Shown: positions 12,899-27,183 of the stretch, piece after piece
Layout: each line of letters starts with the position of its first letter
How positions within the stretch are numbered: position 1 is the first letter of the stretch
Assembly: GCF_009914755.1 (NCBI RefSeq)
Contig: NC_060926.1
DNA from: the human T2T-CHM13v2.0 reference genome, Homo sapiens
Length of the DNA stretch: 64,000 bases
Reading direction: 5' to 3' (one strand)
The notes under the pieces: model-generated
Seen by the model: only the letters and a program-made list of their open reading frames with translations
Database searches by the model: none
Told to the model about the DNA's origin: nothing
Translations under genes and position numbers: made by a program

Positions 12899-15774
12899 TA
12901 TAAATAAATGCTATGTAATAATTTCATTAATGTTCAGTATTTATTATAGGTATTAGCCAAATACAGGCATTTATTTCAGTATTTATTATAGATGTTTGAT
13001 GGCATAAGCCTACGCAAAAGTTAAAAACACCTATTTTCTATTTATTAATTAAATCAAAACACAGCTCTCTGGGAAGAACTAAACTAATTTTACAAATAAA
13101 CTAAATCAAAATAAACACTGGTAAAACAAGACAATTTTAGTTTATAAATCCACTCCTTCCACAAAGGAACACTATAAATAATCACCAGTTCCAAAGCCTC
13201 AGTGATTTGGAAAAGTAAGATCAAAATTTAATTAATTCATGAGCAAGAAAAAATATAGTAAACTTACTCTACTTCCTTAAGACAAACATACACTTGATAT
13301 GATCAAATTGTTACTACTTTCTGCATGCGTTATGTCAGCTAACTTAAACTGTCTTTATATGGGCCTATGAACAAAGTACATTTCAAATCAAATATAGTAT
13401 ATATGCTATTTTCTATTCAACATCTTTAACCTAAGCTTTATACTTGGTTTAAATGTCTAATCACAAAATGAGAAGATAGCAAAATTATTTTATGTTGTAA
13501 AACTAGTTCCAAAAAACTTGTACAAACTTGATAAATTCCTGACTTCTGAAACTAAGTACAAATTTGCAAAGAAATAAGCAATTTATCAATTATTTCAGTA
13601 AGAGCAAAATTAAAACTTTGCTCCTAAACAGCATTACCTTTTATTTGCAAAAGTTCTACTTCCACCAGAAAGGAATGAGTACAGCAAGAAAGATGCCATA
13701 TCTTATCCATTTCTTACTTGCCTTATTTTGTATTGGTTTAGTTTATGATCTGAGCTATATAACTTATATTAAAACTATATTAGATATTTTAAAGAGCAAA
13801 TGCGAGTAGAGATTTTAACCAAAGATAATGCTTAAGTTAAAAGGATAATGAATGAGCAGAAAATTATATGCATATGCATGCACGTATCTTTTAACTGTAA
13901 GTAGTTTATTTTACACATATCCAGGATAAAACATAACCATGAAAAAAAAAACGTGCTAACGAAATTCCTAAAGTACAATTTTATGGTTACAGTTTGATAA
14001 ACTGTGAGAAATGACTGGCTATTAGTACAACACATCAAAGTTTAAATAAATAGAAACGTCTCAAAATAGTTATGCATGAGTACTCAGTATAATACACTGA
14101 CTGCAGTTTATTAAATATTCAAAACTTCATGTCCATGTGCTAGATATTTAAATATATATATATTTGTTAGACTAAAGGCTTATTTATGGGAACCTTATAT
14201 TAACTTAGGAATACTTCTTTAAAAAACTCTTCAATATCAACAGTTACGGAACCTGTAAATATTTTTGCTGAATTATCTGAAAAACAGAAAAAGACTCATG
14301 TGGGATAAACATATAAAGGTTTTTAGACATATCTACTGGATAACAATATTATAATAAATTTCCTAAAACTACATGCTCCTTACAAAGCAGATTTACTAAC
14401 ATTTACATACTGACTAAATGGTTCCACTGGGCTTTGAACTTCTTAAGGACAGATATATTATGAATTTTACTAACCCAGACCTTAGGGTTTTACATCTGAC
14501 ACTGTAAGCACTTAATAAATGTTTGCTATCAATTATTAGACAGTAGTGAAGCTATAATTGAAACACTCCTTGTTTCTGAAACATTCTGGACTGGCAACTT
14601 TTCACTTGCAAGTCACATAATGAGAACCAGAAATAAAAACAGATTAATTTAATGAAAAAGCATAATAAAATAGAAAAATATCTTGATAGAGCTTTGTTTT
14701 TTATTTTTATCTTCTCCTTTCCTCACAAATTTATAAGAAATCTGTTTCTAGGTTATAAGCTAACATAAAACTACTGAGTCTAACAGACTAGGGCAACCTT
14801 AAGTTTATTTTATAACATATAATCAAGCAACATACTGTAATTGAAGCACACTGAAAACAGCAGTTACTAGCTAATTAACATTAGCAGAAACATTTTTCTC
14901 AATGAAGGTTAAAAAAATCTAAAGATTCCATAATAAAATATAGTTTGTTATAAATATTATATTTATGTGGAAAACTATTAATATTTTACCTTCAGTCTAA
15001 TACTGAGACAATTATAAAACAAATGTATCCATTTCTATTCTTATCAATAGCTTTATCTGCATTTTGACTACAAAATGCTGGGATCAGATAAGTAAAACCA
15101 GACTACTCAGCTTTAAGTACAGCACCAGAAATCCAGCCATATAATCTGAGTACAAATTTGTTGTATGTGTGTTAGTGCTCTATTTCTTCCATCAATATAG
15201 CAAAAGTGTAGTTACCACAGTACTTGACCTCTGACTGGGGCAGCAATCTAAAGGAAAGCACCTCTAGCAAATGTGTTATTCCTCAGATAAGACAGCAGGA
15301 TGCAGTATAATGGCTAAAACCTTTTTTCCTAAAGACAGTCATGCTGCTTCAATGACATTCTAAGTATCCACTGTCCTGTGGACACAAAACTTGAGGAGAA
15401 CCCTTTTCTACTGGCCTACTTGGCCCTAACCGAATATTCAAGTATGAAAATACAAGTTACACTGGAAATACTGCATATATCATTTGGTCCTGGCAGTCTG
15501 GGAAAAGATAGAAATCAAAAGTAGTAAAATAATCTGTTTTAAGAAGTGTCCATGATAAATGCCATAGTTTTAAAAACAAACAAATCCTAACTGCATGTTT
15601 TGGTTAAGGAGGTTGCTTACTAGCAAGTAATAAAAGCCCTTAAAAATGCACACACCCTTTGACTCAGTACTTTTAGGAAATTATCATTTTAGTACCTTTA
15701 GGTATTTATCTCAAAGGAAAACAAATCAGGCAAGAGGACAATGGCACATACAAGGAATGTACAAGGAGGCTGGT

Positions 15775-16745
15775 AGCATCATTCACTCACTCATTCAACA
15801 AATATTGAAGAGCACCCACATACCTATGGTCTTGGATCTTACATTCTAGTATGGCAAAACAAATAATAAAAAAAAACATGATTTGCTAATACTTAATCAG
15901 AGAAAACTATGGAAAAGGAGCATCTGGCAACATAGAGGTCACTGGTGACATAAACAAGGCGGCATTTTAAAATGCTCTTTTGGGAGCAAAACTTCACTGG
16001 AGTAGGTTTTTAAAAGGAATCGAATGTGAAGAAGTGGAGATGACCTCTTTTTAGCTTTGTTGTGAAGGCAAACAAAGAAATGAAACAGTAGCTGGGGAGA
16101 GGAGGGAATGAGGGCCAAGGGACTCTGTTGTTTTGGTGTTTTTCTTTTATGTTCATTTTTTAAAGATGGGTGATATTACTGCATGTTTGCAAGCTCAGGG
16201 GAACCAACTAGAGAGAAAATGTGAAATACGTAAGAGAGGGCATGACAGCAGGATCATAGTCCTATATGACAGAGGGAAGCAGATTTCACGTGCAAGTGGA
16301 TGGGGTTGGCCTGGGCAGGGACAACTCACTTGTTATGATCAGAGGGAAAGGTAGAGTATATGATGCAAGTGGATGTAGGGTGACAGAACTCAGAAAGAGC
16401 AGGCCTCACTCAGCTTCACGGCACTCGCATTTGCTGTTGCCTCTGTTTACAAATATTTACGTGATTTTTTCCCTTACCTCCTTCAGTTATTTACTCAACT
16501 GTCAACTTCAGTGAGTCTCTCTCCTTGCCTTTAAAACCGCAAACTCCACCCCAACACTTACTATACTATGCTCCTTCCCTACTTTTTCTCCTCAGTATTT
16601 ATTGCCATCTAATATACAACATACTTTACTTTTGAAACACCTTGTTTATTGTCTATCTCCCTCCTTTAGTATATAAGCACTTTGAGGGCACAGATTTTTG
16701 TTTCATTTGTTCACTATCATATCCTTGAGTGAATAAATTGTGGGA
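15775..16745. mobile_element. L2 LINE fragments (both orientations)
   Basis: cattcactcactcattcaacaaatattga is a minus-strand L2 3' end; tttgagggcacagatttttgtttcatttgttcact is a plus-strand L2 3' end. Confidence 0.7.
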
Positions 16746-16981
16746 AAAGAGGGAGGTAATTCTTTTCTGACTGCTTCTGTTTTCTCAATAAAATAAGGAA
16801 CTGAAAGAGGGAAGAAAGAGTTAAATATCTGAAGAACTAAAAATCTGAAATGACCTAAATATCCATCATTTAAGTAAACTGTAGTATGTTCCTATGACAG
16901 AATGCTACATAACCATTAAAAAGAGTAAGAGTGATCTACATGTATTATATGCAATTTAATTTCTTTTTAAAAATCTCTTTC

Positions 16982-17297
16982 GGCCGGGCGCGGTGGCTCA
17001 CGCCTGTAATCCCAGCACTTTGGGAGGCCGAGGTGGGCGGAACACCTGAGGTCGGGAGTTCGAGATCAGCCTGACCAACATGAAGAACCCCTGTCTCTAC
17101 TAAAAATACAAAAAATTAGCCAGGCGTGGTGGCACATGCCTGTAATTCCACTTACTCAGGAGGCTGAGGCAGAAGAATCGCTTGAACCCAGGAGTTGTAG
17201 GTTGTGGTGAGCCGAGATCGTGCCATTGCAACTCCAGCCTGGGCAACAAGAGCAAAACTCCGTCTCAAAAAAATAAAAATAAAAATAAAAATGAAAT
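16982..17297 (+). mobile_element. Alu (AluSp-type)
   Basis: Full dimer; TSD aaaaatctctttc. Confidence 0.95.
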
Positions 17298-18344
17298 TAA
17301 AAAATCTCTTTCAATTTCTGTGAGGTATAAATGGGTGTTGAGGAAGGTGCACACATATGACAGCAATGGGCCACTTCACCTACAATATAAATGTATTACT
17401 GTGGTCATAATTAGACAGAAAATAATTTTTGTTTCTCCCAAATAAAAAAACCCACTGTTTTCATCCCTCAATTCACCATCTTTTCAACAACCTTCCCAAG
17501 CAGGTCTCTCCAGGTTAGGGCTATGTCTTTTTATCCTGTTTTTATAAGATGCCATGCAATATGCAAGATGTTTTGAGTTGATTTGATGGTGACAACAAAA
17601 CTGCCAGTTACTCCATCCCCAATTACCTCATCTAATTGCGGGAGTTAAACTAAAAGTTTTCCATAAATGCCAGAATCTCACTGTTTGTCAAAGAATTTAG
17701 TTCACTGAAAAGTAGGTGTGTACTGCCTCAGCTAATAAAATGTTAAAGACAGTTTCACCCTTAAGTGGCTCCATACGATCTCTAAAAACGTCATTTTTTT
17801 TTAAAAGTCCAGTATCACATCTTTAATAAAATGGGACACTACTTCAGCAAAAAAAATGGTCAATCTTGGCTAATGTAACTACTGTATCTGCACATAACTT
17901 ACTCCCAGAAAAAAAACACAACAAGTGCAGTTCTGAGGGAGGGATTAGTTACAATGTGTTGGCATACCAAGACCCGAAGTTAGCAGAAAGTAGGCCACTG
18001 GCATCAGAATGAGCTGGCCAATAGCAAAGTCAGACTTGATAATCCAGCCACCAGCTGTGCAATGATGAGCCAAACTAAGACCAGAAGAGTTCAGTCTCTC
18101 ATGGGTTTCTTCAGATATTTCAGGAAGTATGCACTAGGGCAGAGAAAACAGGTGGAAAACAGAGTGCACAAGATCCAGGTTGGAGAAGAGAGAACCCTAG
18201 CTGGAAAATCTGAATTCACCACTTAGCATTAGTGGCCTTTATCTCTCCATGCTATCTGTTCAGTACTCCCAAATAGCTACCTTATCCCTCTATCAAATAC
18301 CATACTCCTCTGATAACTAGATTGTTCTCATTGATATAGAACTA

Positions 18345-18570
18345 GTGGTACTGTGATGTGTAAGAGGACAAAAGCAAGCAAACAACGATTTTGATCTGGA
18401 GGCTACCACTGCATGTTGAAAGTGTTAAGCAAGTCAAAATCTAAGTCTCAGTTTCCTCATTTGTAAAATGTAGATAATAGTAGTACTTTCCTCTTAGGAT
18501 TAAATGAGATGATTCATGTAGAAGGCCTTGCAGAGTCCTGACCTCAAGTGGAACTCAATAAACGGTACTC
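18345..18570 (+). mobile_element. MIR SINE
   Basis: Core ctcagtttcctcatttgtaaaatg...aggattaaatgagat. Confidence 0.85.
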
Positions 18571-18889
18571 AATATCTCTTCTCATTAATACTACCAGAAA
18601 TGTTCAGGTCTCTAGAGACAGGAATTTAGCTTTGATTTCCAAATCAAGATGACCAATAGAAAAACTGGGGCTTTGGGGTTGAGACACAGGTATATTCTTT
18701 GATTTCATTTCTTCCTCTCCTGTTCTCAACCAGCAGGCTATACTCCATGCAACTAAAGAAGGAAATTCCAGCCTGATTCCATGCTGGCTGCTCAGCTGTC
18801 CATAGGATGAAAATTTTTTATAAAAATCCAAGTATCCAAAGTTGGTCTGGTGAACATGAAAACTAACATCTATCAAATTAAATTTAGCA

Positions 18890-19528
18890 TTTAAGAATGA
18901 GTGTTTCCTCCTCTGCTTTAAGAGTGGCCCAAGTTTATCCTGCTTCCAAAAGAAAAATATGGAAAGGAAAGAACAGTAACTTTGCAGGGGAGAAACCTGA
19001 CCAACATTACCTTAACCAAGCAAGGAAGATCACTAATGGCATGTAGTTATCATGTACTCCAGGATATGATGTGAAGTATACTTTACCTCTATAATATTCT
19101 TTCCAAAAACCCATAACTCCAGTTTAATGATGAGGAAGATACCAGATGAGCCCAATATAAGGAATAGACTATAAAATATCTGAACAGTGAAGTATGTCAA
19201 GGTTATGAAAAATAAAGAAAGACTAAGAAACTATCAGGAGAACAGAGAAGACTAAGGAAACATGACAAGTAAATGTAATGTGATATCCTGGATTGAATCC
19301 TGGACCGGAAAAATGACATTAGTGAAACTGGTGAAATCTAAATGAAGTCTAGAGTTTAGTTAACAGCAATATACCAATGTTGGTTCCTTAGTTTTGACAA
19401 ATGTACCATAGTAAAATGATAACATAAGAGGGAATTGAAACTGAGTGAGGGGTATATGAGAACTCGATGTATCATCTGTGAAACTTTTCTGTAAATCTGA
19501 CACTGTTCCAAAATAAAACATTTATTTC
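18890..19528 (+). mobile_element. L1MC/L1MD-type 3'UTR fragment
   Basis: gtgatatcctggattgaatcctgga...ttttctgtaaatct..aaaataaaa. Confidence 0.8.
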
Positions 19529-19681
19529 AACAAAATGGGCAAGATATTCAGACTATGTTAAACAAGAAAAACAAGTTTAAGCATCATATGCATAATATGT
19601 TCTCAAGTTGTTTGAAAAATAGCTTTTTAAAAAAATTATAAAGTAATATGTATGTATATAATATGTGAAGAAAATGCAGGT

Positions 19682-20155
19682 ATATTAGCTAGGATAAATA
19701 AGGCTATGGAAGTGAAAGGGATTCCAAAATACTATGGCTTAACAAACAGAAAAGTTTATTTCTCTTTAATTTCAATCTTAACATAAATGGTCCAGCTTGG
19801 TGGAGCAGATCCCCGTTCCTTGTAGTCATTCACAGATTCAGGTACTTTCCAAGTCATGGCTCTGCTCTTCACTAAGGCACTGTCATCATCTGAATGGTCT
19901 GAGTACTTCCAATTAAAACAGCATAAAAGGAAAAGAGCAACTACTAGGAAAGGCACAATGTCTTGAGATCCAGTCCAAAAAGTATCACATACCAATTCCT
20001 TTCACAACCCATTGCAGAAAACACAAACACATATTCTCAAGGTTAACTGGGAAGTGTAGTAAAAAATAAAATAAAATAAAATGTAGTAAAGATGAGCAGC
20101 CATGTGCCAAGAAGAAGGAGAGCATGGATTATGGTTGACAACTAGTAATCACCAC
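19682..20155 (-). mobile_element. Old MLT1-type MaLR LTR
   Basis: ggcttaacaaacagaaaagtttatttctct and ctgggaagtgtagt are typical of a reverse MLT1. Confidence 0.6.
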
Positions 20156-20384
20156 TAAAATAGGTAGGCAAAAGAAGAAATCATCTAGAAATCTATAAAT
20201 AACCACTGTCAACATTCGAATACTTATTTTTTGAGACTTTTTTCCTATGAGCATTTTTTTTTATATTCAACCTATATATTAGTCACCAAGGAAGAAAGAA
20301 TATTTTTCACATTTTCCTTAGGTAATCTCTACAGTACTTAATAAAGAATTACGCAAACAAACTGATCTTTTAAAGTATTTTTCA

Positions 20385-20684
20385 GGCCGGGCACGGTGGC
20401 TCACACCTGTAATCCCAGCACATTGGGAGGCTGAAGTGAGTGGATCATCTGAGGTCAGGAGTTCAAGACCAGCCTGGCCAACATGGCAAAACCTCGTTTC
20501 TACTAAAAATACAAAAATTAGCCAGGTGTGGTAGCACGTGCCTGTAGTCCTAGCTACTTGGGAGGCTGAGACAGGAGAATCACTACCTCCAGGAGGTAGA
20601 GGTTGCAGTGAACCAAGATCATGCCATTGCACTCCAGCCTAGATGACAAAGCAAGACTCCAACTCAAATAAATAAATAAATAAA
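20385..20684 (+). mobile_element. Alu (AluSx-type)
   Basis: Full dimer with a (TAAA)n tail; TSD taaagtatttttca. Confidence 0.95.
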
Positions 20685-20689
20685 TAAAG

Positions 20690-23115
20690 TATTTTTCACA
20701 TATAAACAGCAATCAGAAAACATTACATAAGAGAATAACACATTTACAATACCAACAAAAAAGAGACAAGACATCTAGAAATAAACTTTACAAGAAATGT
20801 ACAAAACCAACATGAGAGACCTTTAACACATTTCTAAATGCTCTAATAGTAGACTTCAACAAGTAAAAGAACATATCATGTTTTTGAATGGGAAGATTCA
20901 AAACATGTAAGTAAGTTAACATATAAATTTATTGTCTTCACAATAATAATTCCAACAAGATTTCTGCTTGTAGGATGAAGAAAGCCGATTCTTAAGTTTG
21001 TATGGAAAAAATAAACAAGTAAGACCAAACACTCTGAATATGAAAGGAAATAAGCTTGACAAGATAAGGTTGAACTCCATAATCCAAAAATCTGAAACCC
21101 AAAATGCTCCAATATCCAAAACTTTATGAGCTCCAACATGACACCACAGGTGGAAAATTTCAAACCTGACTTCTGTGACAGCTCACAGTCAAAATGCAAG
21201 TGCACAGCACACAGTTTATTCAGCTTCCCCAAGAGAAAAAAAGACCCTCTTAGTCCTCTTGAGCTGGCATATCTTTTCCGATCATACCCAGATTCCCCCA
21301 GGCAAGCACATCCACAAAGGGTAGTAAAATGGCACGTGTTGTACAGGCTGGACACACAGGTTCCCTGCTGATGTTCCTACCTAAGGCCAAGACCTATGTG
21401 CATTACTCGCTATTTTTTTTTTGCTTATTCTGTGCTCTGTGGTGTAAAAAATTATCGAAAATGTTGGAAAAAAGGCCTGCAGATGCCCCTATAGGTAACA
21501 GTGATAAGAAAAAAAGGAAATGTTTATGTTTATCTATAGCACAGAAAGACCTGGAGAAACTGGACAGCGGGGTAAGTGTGAAACGTCCTGCAGGAGAGCA
21601 TGATGTTGAAATGTCCACCATATAAGACATGAAGAAACAAGGGCAAACTGTTGACACTCCATACCAAAAGTGATGAACAGAAGTTAATGAAAAACAGAAA
21701 AATACCAAATAAAGCTAAAAATGAAGATCTCCATCATGTATTGAAAAAGTGGATCCATCAGTATCACAGTGAACACATGCCATTTAATAATATGATCAAA
21801 AAACAAACAAAGATTCACATGAAGAACTAAAAATTAAAGGGAATTGTGAATATTCAACAGTCTGGTTGCAGAAATTTAAGACACTCTATTCAATTTTTAA
21901 AATTTTGTGGTAATAAAGCATCTGCTGATCACAAATCAATGAAAAATACACTGACACATTTGCCAAGGTCATCACTGATGAAAATGTGATGCCAGAACAA
22001 GTCTATATTGCTCGAGAAAAATCACTACTGTTTTGGTGTTATTGCCCCAGAAAGATACTGACTACAGGTAATAAGACAGTTCCTAAGGAATTAAGGATGC
22101 CAACAACAGAATACCTGTGCTAGGATGTGCTAATACAGCAGGCACATTTGCTGTGAGAGCCAAAAGCTTGCATCCTTGCTATTTTCAAGGAGTGAACTTC
22201 TTACCAGTCCATTATGCTAACAAAAAGGCATGGATCACCACAGACACCATTTCTAATTGGTTTCACAAACATTTTGTACCAGCAGCTCATGCTCACTGTA
22301 GGGAAGCTGGATTGGATGACACTGCAAGATTTTGTTATTCCTTGGAAATTGTTTTGCTCATCCTCCAGCTGAAATTCTCATCAAAAGTAATATTTATGCC
22401 ATGTACTTTCCTCCGATGTGACTTCTTTAACTAAGTCATGTGATCAGGGTATCCTTAGATCAACGAAGAGTAAATAGAAAAACACTTTCTTGAATAGCAT
22501 GCTAGTAGCAGTGAACAGAGGCAGGGGTATGGAAGGTTTTCAAAAGGAGTTTAGCATGAAGGAAGCCACATATGTTGTTGCCAATGTTTGGAACACAGTA
22601 ACTAAAGACACAACCTCTGTCCTGTGACTATGCTGAGTGATGATGAACAAGGTGGTGACTGTGAAGGATTCTGTATGTCCAGTGAGAAAAAATGATGCCT
22701 GACCTCCTTATATATGCAAAATATATACCTTCAGAGTCTGTCAGCAAGCTGGAATGAGGCTCCAGTTGTTCATTCATTGACCAGTGGTTAAACGGCCAAA
22801 ATCGTTCTGAATCAAGGTGATCATGATAAAACCAATGATGGAGAGGACATTAATTCTGCAGAAGTACATATGGACCACATGGTGAAAATGTGTGATGGGC
22901 TTATAGAAGGACTAGAACAGCATGCGTTCATAACAGAACAAGGAATCATGTCAGTTTACAAAATCAGAGAGGTTGTTAAGACACAAAAATGTTGTTAATG
23001 AGGCAGATGATCTGGAGCAAACATTTTAAAAAGCCATCGAGCAGAATGTCTCCTCACGCCTACAAAACCCACTTTCTGGTCCTTCAATTGCCTCTAATGT
23101 TTCTTTCCTCCTAAA

Positions 23116-23147
<32 letters not shown>

Positions 23148-24610
23148 CCGTATACAGTAAACTTTTTGTCAAAATACAGCATCATAGATGGAGACTGAAA
23201 GCCTGCTGCTGTTGGATGTTGTTGTCTAACAGCTGACACGGGTATTCTGGTGATGCTACTGTGCTGCTGAGTTACCCTGAACACATTATCTTTTCACATA
23301 TTAATGACATGTTATATTTACTGTTAAGTACTTAGATGTAAATAAGTGTAAGAAAATGGCTGCTTATCAGCAGCATTTAAATTCAGAGTCAGGAAGGATG
23401 GTGATGCAAAACAACTACAGATTGTCCCCATGGGTGGCTGAGATACTGACACCTTTGCTTTCTGATGGTTTGACATATACAAACTTTTGTTTCATGCACA
23501 AAATTATTAAAAAATATTGTATAAAATTACTTTCAGCTATGTGTATAAGGTGTATATGAAACATAAATAAATTTCATGTTTAGACTTGGGTCCCATACCC
23601 AAGATATCTCATTATGTATATGCAAATGTTCCAAAATCTGAGAAAATCCAAAATCCAAAACACTTCTGGCCCCAAGCACTTCAGATAAGAGATATTCACC
23701 TTGTATTACTGTATCTTAATTATATAAAAGGTATGGCATTAAGAAAAATACATTGGCATATTGATGAAACAGAATAGGAAGATCTGAAATGGCCTAAATA
23801 CTCATAGGAATCTAGCATATGATAAAAGCAGCTCAAATCCATAAATATAGACTTTTTAATACATATTATTGAATAACCAAAGAGCTGTTTTCAAAAAACA
23901 TAAAAAGGTAGGATCTAGGTCTCAGTGCATATAAACTGTAAGTGGATTAGAGATTTACAAAGAAAAAAATGAAATAATAAAAGTACTGAAAGAAAATATA
24001 AGTGAATTATTTTGTAACCATGGGTTGAGGAAAACCTTTCTGATAACTCAGTTCAACTAAAAAAAACTTTGAATAGCACAAGACATCACAAAGAAAGTTA
24101 AAGCACAAATGACAAACATGGAAAAAAATCTGCAACTCATACAACATAGGGCTGATATCTATAAAGAAGTCTTAGGTGTTAAGAAATTTAAAAATGAAAG
24201 AAAGAACAATACAATAAGGGACAAGCAACTTGAACAGGCAATCCATTAAAAAAATAGCTCTTAAATATGAAGAGATGTTCGGTCTCACTCACTCATAATG
24301 AGAAAAGCAAAGTAAAACTATACCAACATATCAATTCTCTCCTAGCAAAGTGCAAAAATATGCAGGTTTAACACATTCTGCTGGCAAGGTCATAGAGAAA
24401 TAGGCATTCGCATACACTGTTGGTAGCAGTACAAAATGGTATAACTCCTAAATGGGAAACTTGAATATCTACCATAATTACTGATGCATTTTCTCTTTGA
24501 CCCAACAATCCCATTTTTGTAAATCTATCTCCCATTCAGTATACAAGTAGGAAATGACATATATACTGAATTATGAATTTGGCCTTGTGGCATTATAATA
24601 TAATCAGAGC

Positions 24611-24641
<31 letters not shown>

Positions 24642-24950
24642 CTGGAAAACACTCAAGTACCCACCAATACTGAATGATCTGAATAAACAACATTACAGCC
24701 ATAAAATGAAATAAAATACATCTGAGAAGAAAAATGAAAACAATAACTGTGTGCTGCTGTGGAGGCCCTCCAGGAGACTGTAAATGCCAAAAGTAAGGTA
24801 CTTCAGTGTACCTGGTAGGCTATTTTTCATTTAAGAAAGAGGAAAAAATATTGAATTGCATTTGTTTATATTTGTATAAAGAAATTACAGAAAAATAAAT
24901 AAGGAACTAGTAAAAATAAATGCTGTGGGCGTGAGGAGGGACATGGTAGA
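20690..24950 (+). mobile_element. Old L1 ORF2/3' fragment split by the Tigger4
   Basis: L1-like sequence on both sides of the Tigger4 (tcatgtttttgaatgggaagattc; ctttgacccaacaatccca). Confidence 0.7.
21067..23703 (+). mobile_element. Near full-length Tigger4 (Zombi) DNA transposon with a decayed pogo-family transposase
   Basis: TA-flanked TIR remnants (aggttgaac... / ...gatattcaccttg). Transposase fragments KRPADAPIGNSDKKKRKCLCLSIAQK..LEKLDSGVSVKR (CENP-B-like HTH) and LGCANTAG..LPVHYANKKAWIT..WFHKHFVP (DDE), with frameshifts and stops. Confidence 0.9.
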
Positions 24951-25059
24951 TACAGACAAGGAGTAAACCTTCTCGGCATATACCTTTATGTCTGTTTTAC
25001 TTTTGTGCCACATACGTAATTACCTGCTCAAAACAATTACTTTTGGATTTAAATTTGTT

Positions 25060-25230
25060 TAGTATTTCTCAGTAATTAATATTTGACATATATCTCATTT
25101 AATTATGACTATAAACCGAATATGAAAATCATCTCCATTTCACATATGAGGAAACTGAGACTCACGAAGCTTAAATATTACTCCTTGCACAAAACTAGTA
25201 AGTTACAAAGCTGGGACTAAAATACACAGA
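25060..25230 (-). mobile_element. MIR SINE
   Basis: ccatttcacatatgaggaaactgagact. Confidence 0.75.
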
Positions 25231-25597
25231 CCTATTTCCAAATATTGGGTTATTTGAAATATATGAAATATATTCTATATTTATATATTTTATAGAATTT
25301 CATAGAATGAAATTCTATGTTGGATATATGAAATTCTATCTTCAAAGGCAGTAAGTACTGCTTCAAATGATTTACCTGAAAGTTACAAGCACAATATTAA
25401 GAACAGATTTTGATCAACCACACATTAGTAATTATCAAAGAGTAATGTGGAAGCATTCCTATTTTAGTACATTCAGCAGTATTCCAAAGGACAAAAATAT
25501 ACCTTAGCTCTAGGAATAATGGGTGTGTACCTAATAAAAGGTTATGTTTCACAAATCAATTCTGAAAACTTCTTACATTAGAAAGTAACTCTGGGTC

Positions 25598-25715
25598 GAA
25601 TGGCTTGAACCCGGGAGGCAGAGCTTGCAGTGAGCCGAGATTGGGCCACTGTACTCCAGCCTGGGCAACAGAGCAAGACTTCGTCTCAAAAAAAAAAAAA
25701 AAAAAAAAAAAAAAG
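25598..25715 (+). mobile_element. Strongly 5'-truncated Alu (AluY-like)
   Basis: Right-arm 3' part only (gagcttgcag), A27 tail, perfect 17-bp TSD gaaagtaactctgggtc (25581-25597 / 25716-25732). Confidence 0.93.
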
Positions 25716-25732
25716 GAAAGTAACTCTGGGTC

Positions 25733-25990
25733 AAAGGATATAAAATAAAATTTCACTTAGACAAGAAGAATCCATTCAAGAGCTCTATTGTACATAACAG
25801 TGAGTATAGTTAATACTATATTTGTATCCTTGAAAATTGCTAAGAGTAGATTTCAAGTGTTCCCCCAACCAAAAAAATGACAAGTATGTGAGGTAATGTA
25901 TAAACACCTTGATTTAGCCAATCCACAACGTATACATATACGAAAACATCATGTTGTACAACATAAATATACAATTTATACTTAAAAATA
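25733..25990 (+). mobile_element. L1MA-type 3' end
   Basis: ttcaagagctctattgtaca...gaaaattgctaagagtagattt...catcatgttgtaca. Confidence 0.85.
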
Positions 25991-26185
25991 TATGTATATA
26001 CAGAAAAATAATTCCTGATCCAATGTCATTTAGGAAACTGACAAGACAGAACAGCTTCAGCGTATGTTTACAATAACACTTTCTCCTTTATTTCAGAAAA
26101 GTCTTCCTAAAGTCTAAAACACAATGTCCCCTTTTATCTTTACCCACATTCACCCAAGTCAATTTTTTCCCCTAAAATGAAAATT

Positions 26186-26520
<335 letters not shown>

Positions 26521-26952
26521 TGAAAAAAAAATTACCAGTAAACTGGTGGATCACACCGTGCATTATCTAAATTCTTCCTCATGCACATGTTTATGGCTGT
26601 CTAAATTCTAGATGCACTCTAAGTCCAGGAATTCTCTCGATCACAGCACATATGTACAAACAAATGAAACTAGCCGGCAGCAGTTTGCCAATCCCTGATT
26701 TAGAATATTCACATTTAATATTATTGATATGACTGGACTAAAATCTACCATCTTGCTAGCAATTTTCTACTTACTCCAGCTATTCTTTCTTTCTTCCTCT
26801 TTCTCTGACTTGTGCTAAGGATTTTTTTATAATTCCATTTTGTCTCTTCTATAGATTTATTATTATGACTCTATTTCAAAACTTTCAGTAGTTGTCCAAA
26901 GGTTTACAATATACATTTTTCATTAATCTGAGTCCACCTTTAAGTGATATTA

Positions 26953-27183
26953 TAAGTATCCCTTATCCAAAATGCCTGAGACCAGAAGTGTTTCAGATTT
27001 TGGATTTATTTTGGATTTTGGAATATGTGCATTATACTTATCAGTTAAGCATCCATAATCTAAAAATCCAAAATCTAAAATGCTCCTACAAGCATTTCCT
27101 TTGAGCGTCATGTCAGCCCTCAAAAAGTTTCAGATTTTGAAGCATTTTAATTTTGAATTTTTAGATTAGAGATACTCAGCCTA
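26953..27183. mobile_element. Tigger4a (MER46A-like) MITE
   Basis: agtatcccttatccaaaatgcctgagaccagaagtgtttcag...gatactcagcct. The termini match both ends of the Tigger4 at 21067-23703. Confidence 0.85.

Noticed and set aside
21329-22434. Possible domesticated TIGD/JRK-like gene
   Set aside because: The frame is broken by multiple stops and frameshifts, and it lies within TIRs. It is a dead Tigger4.
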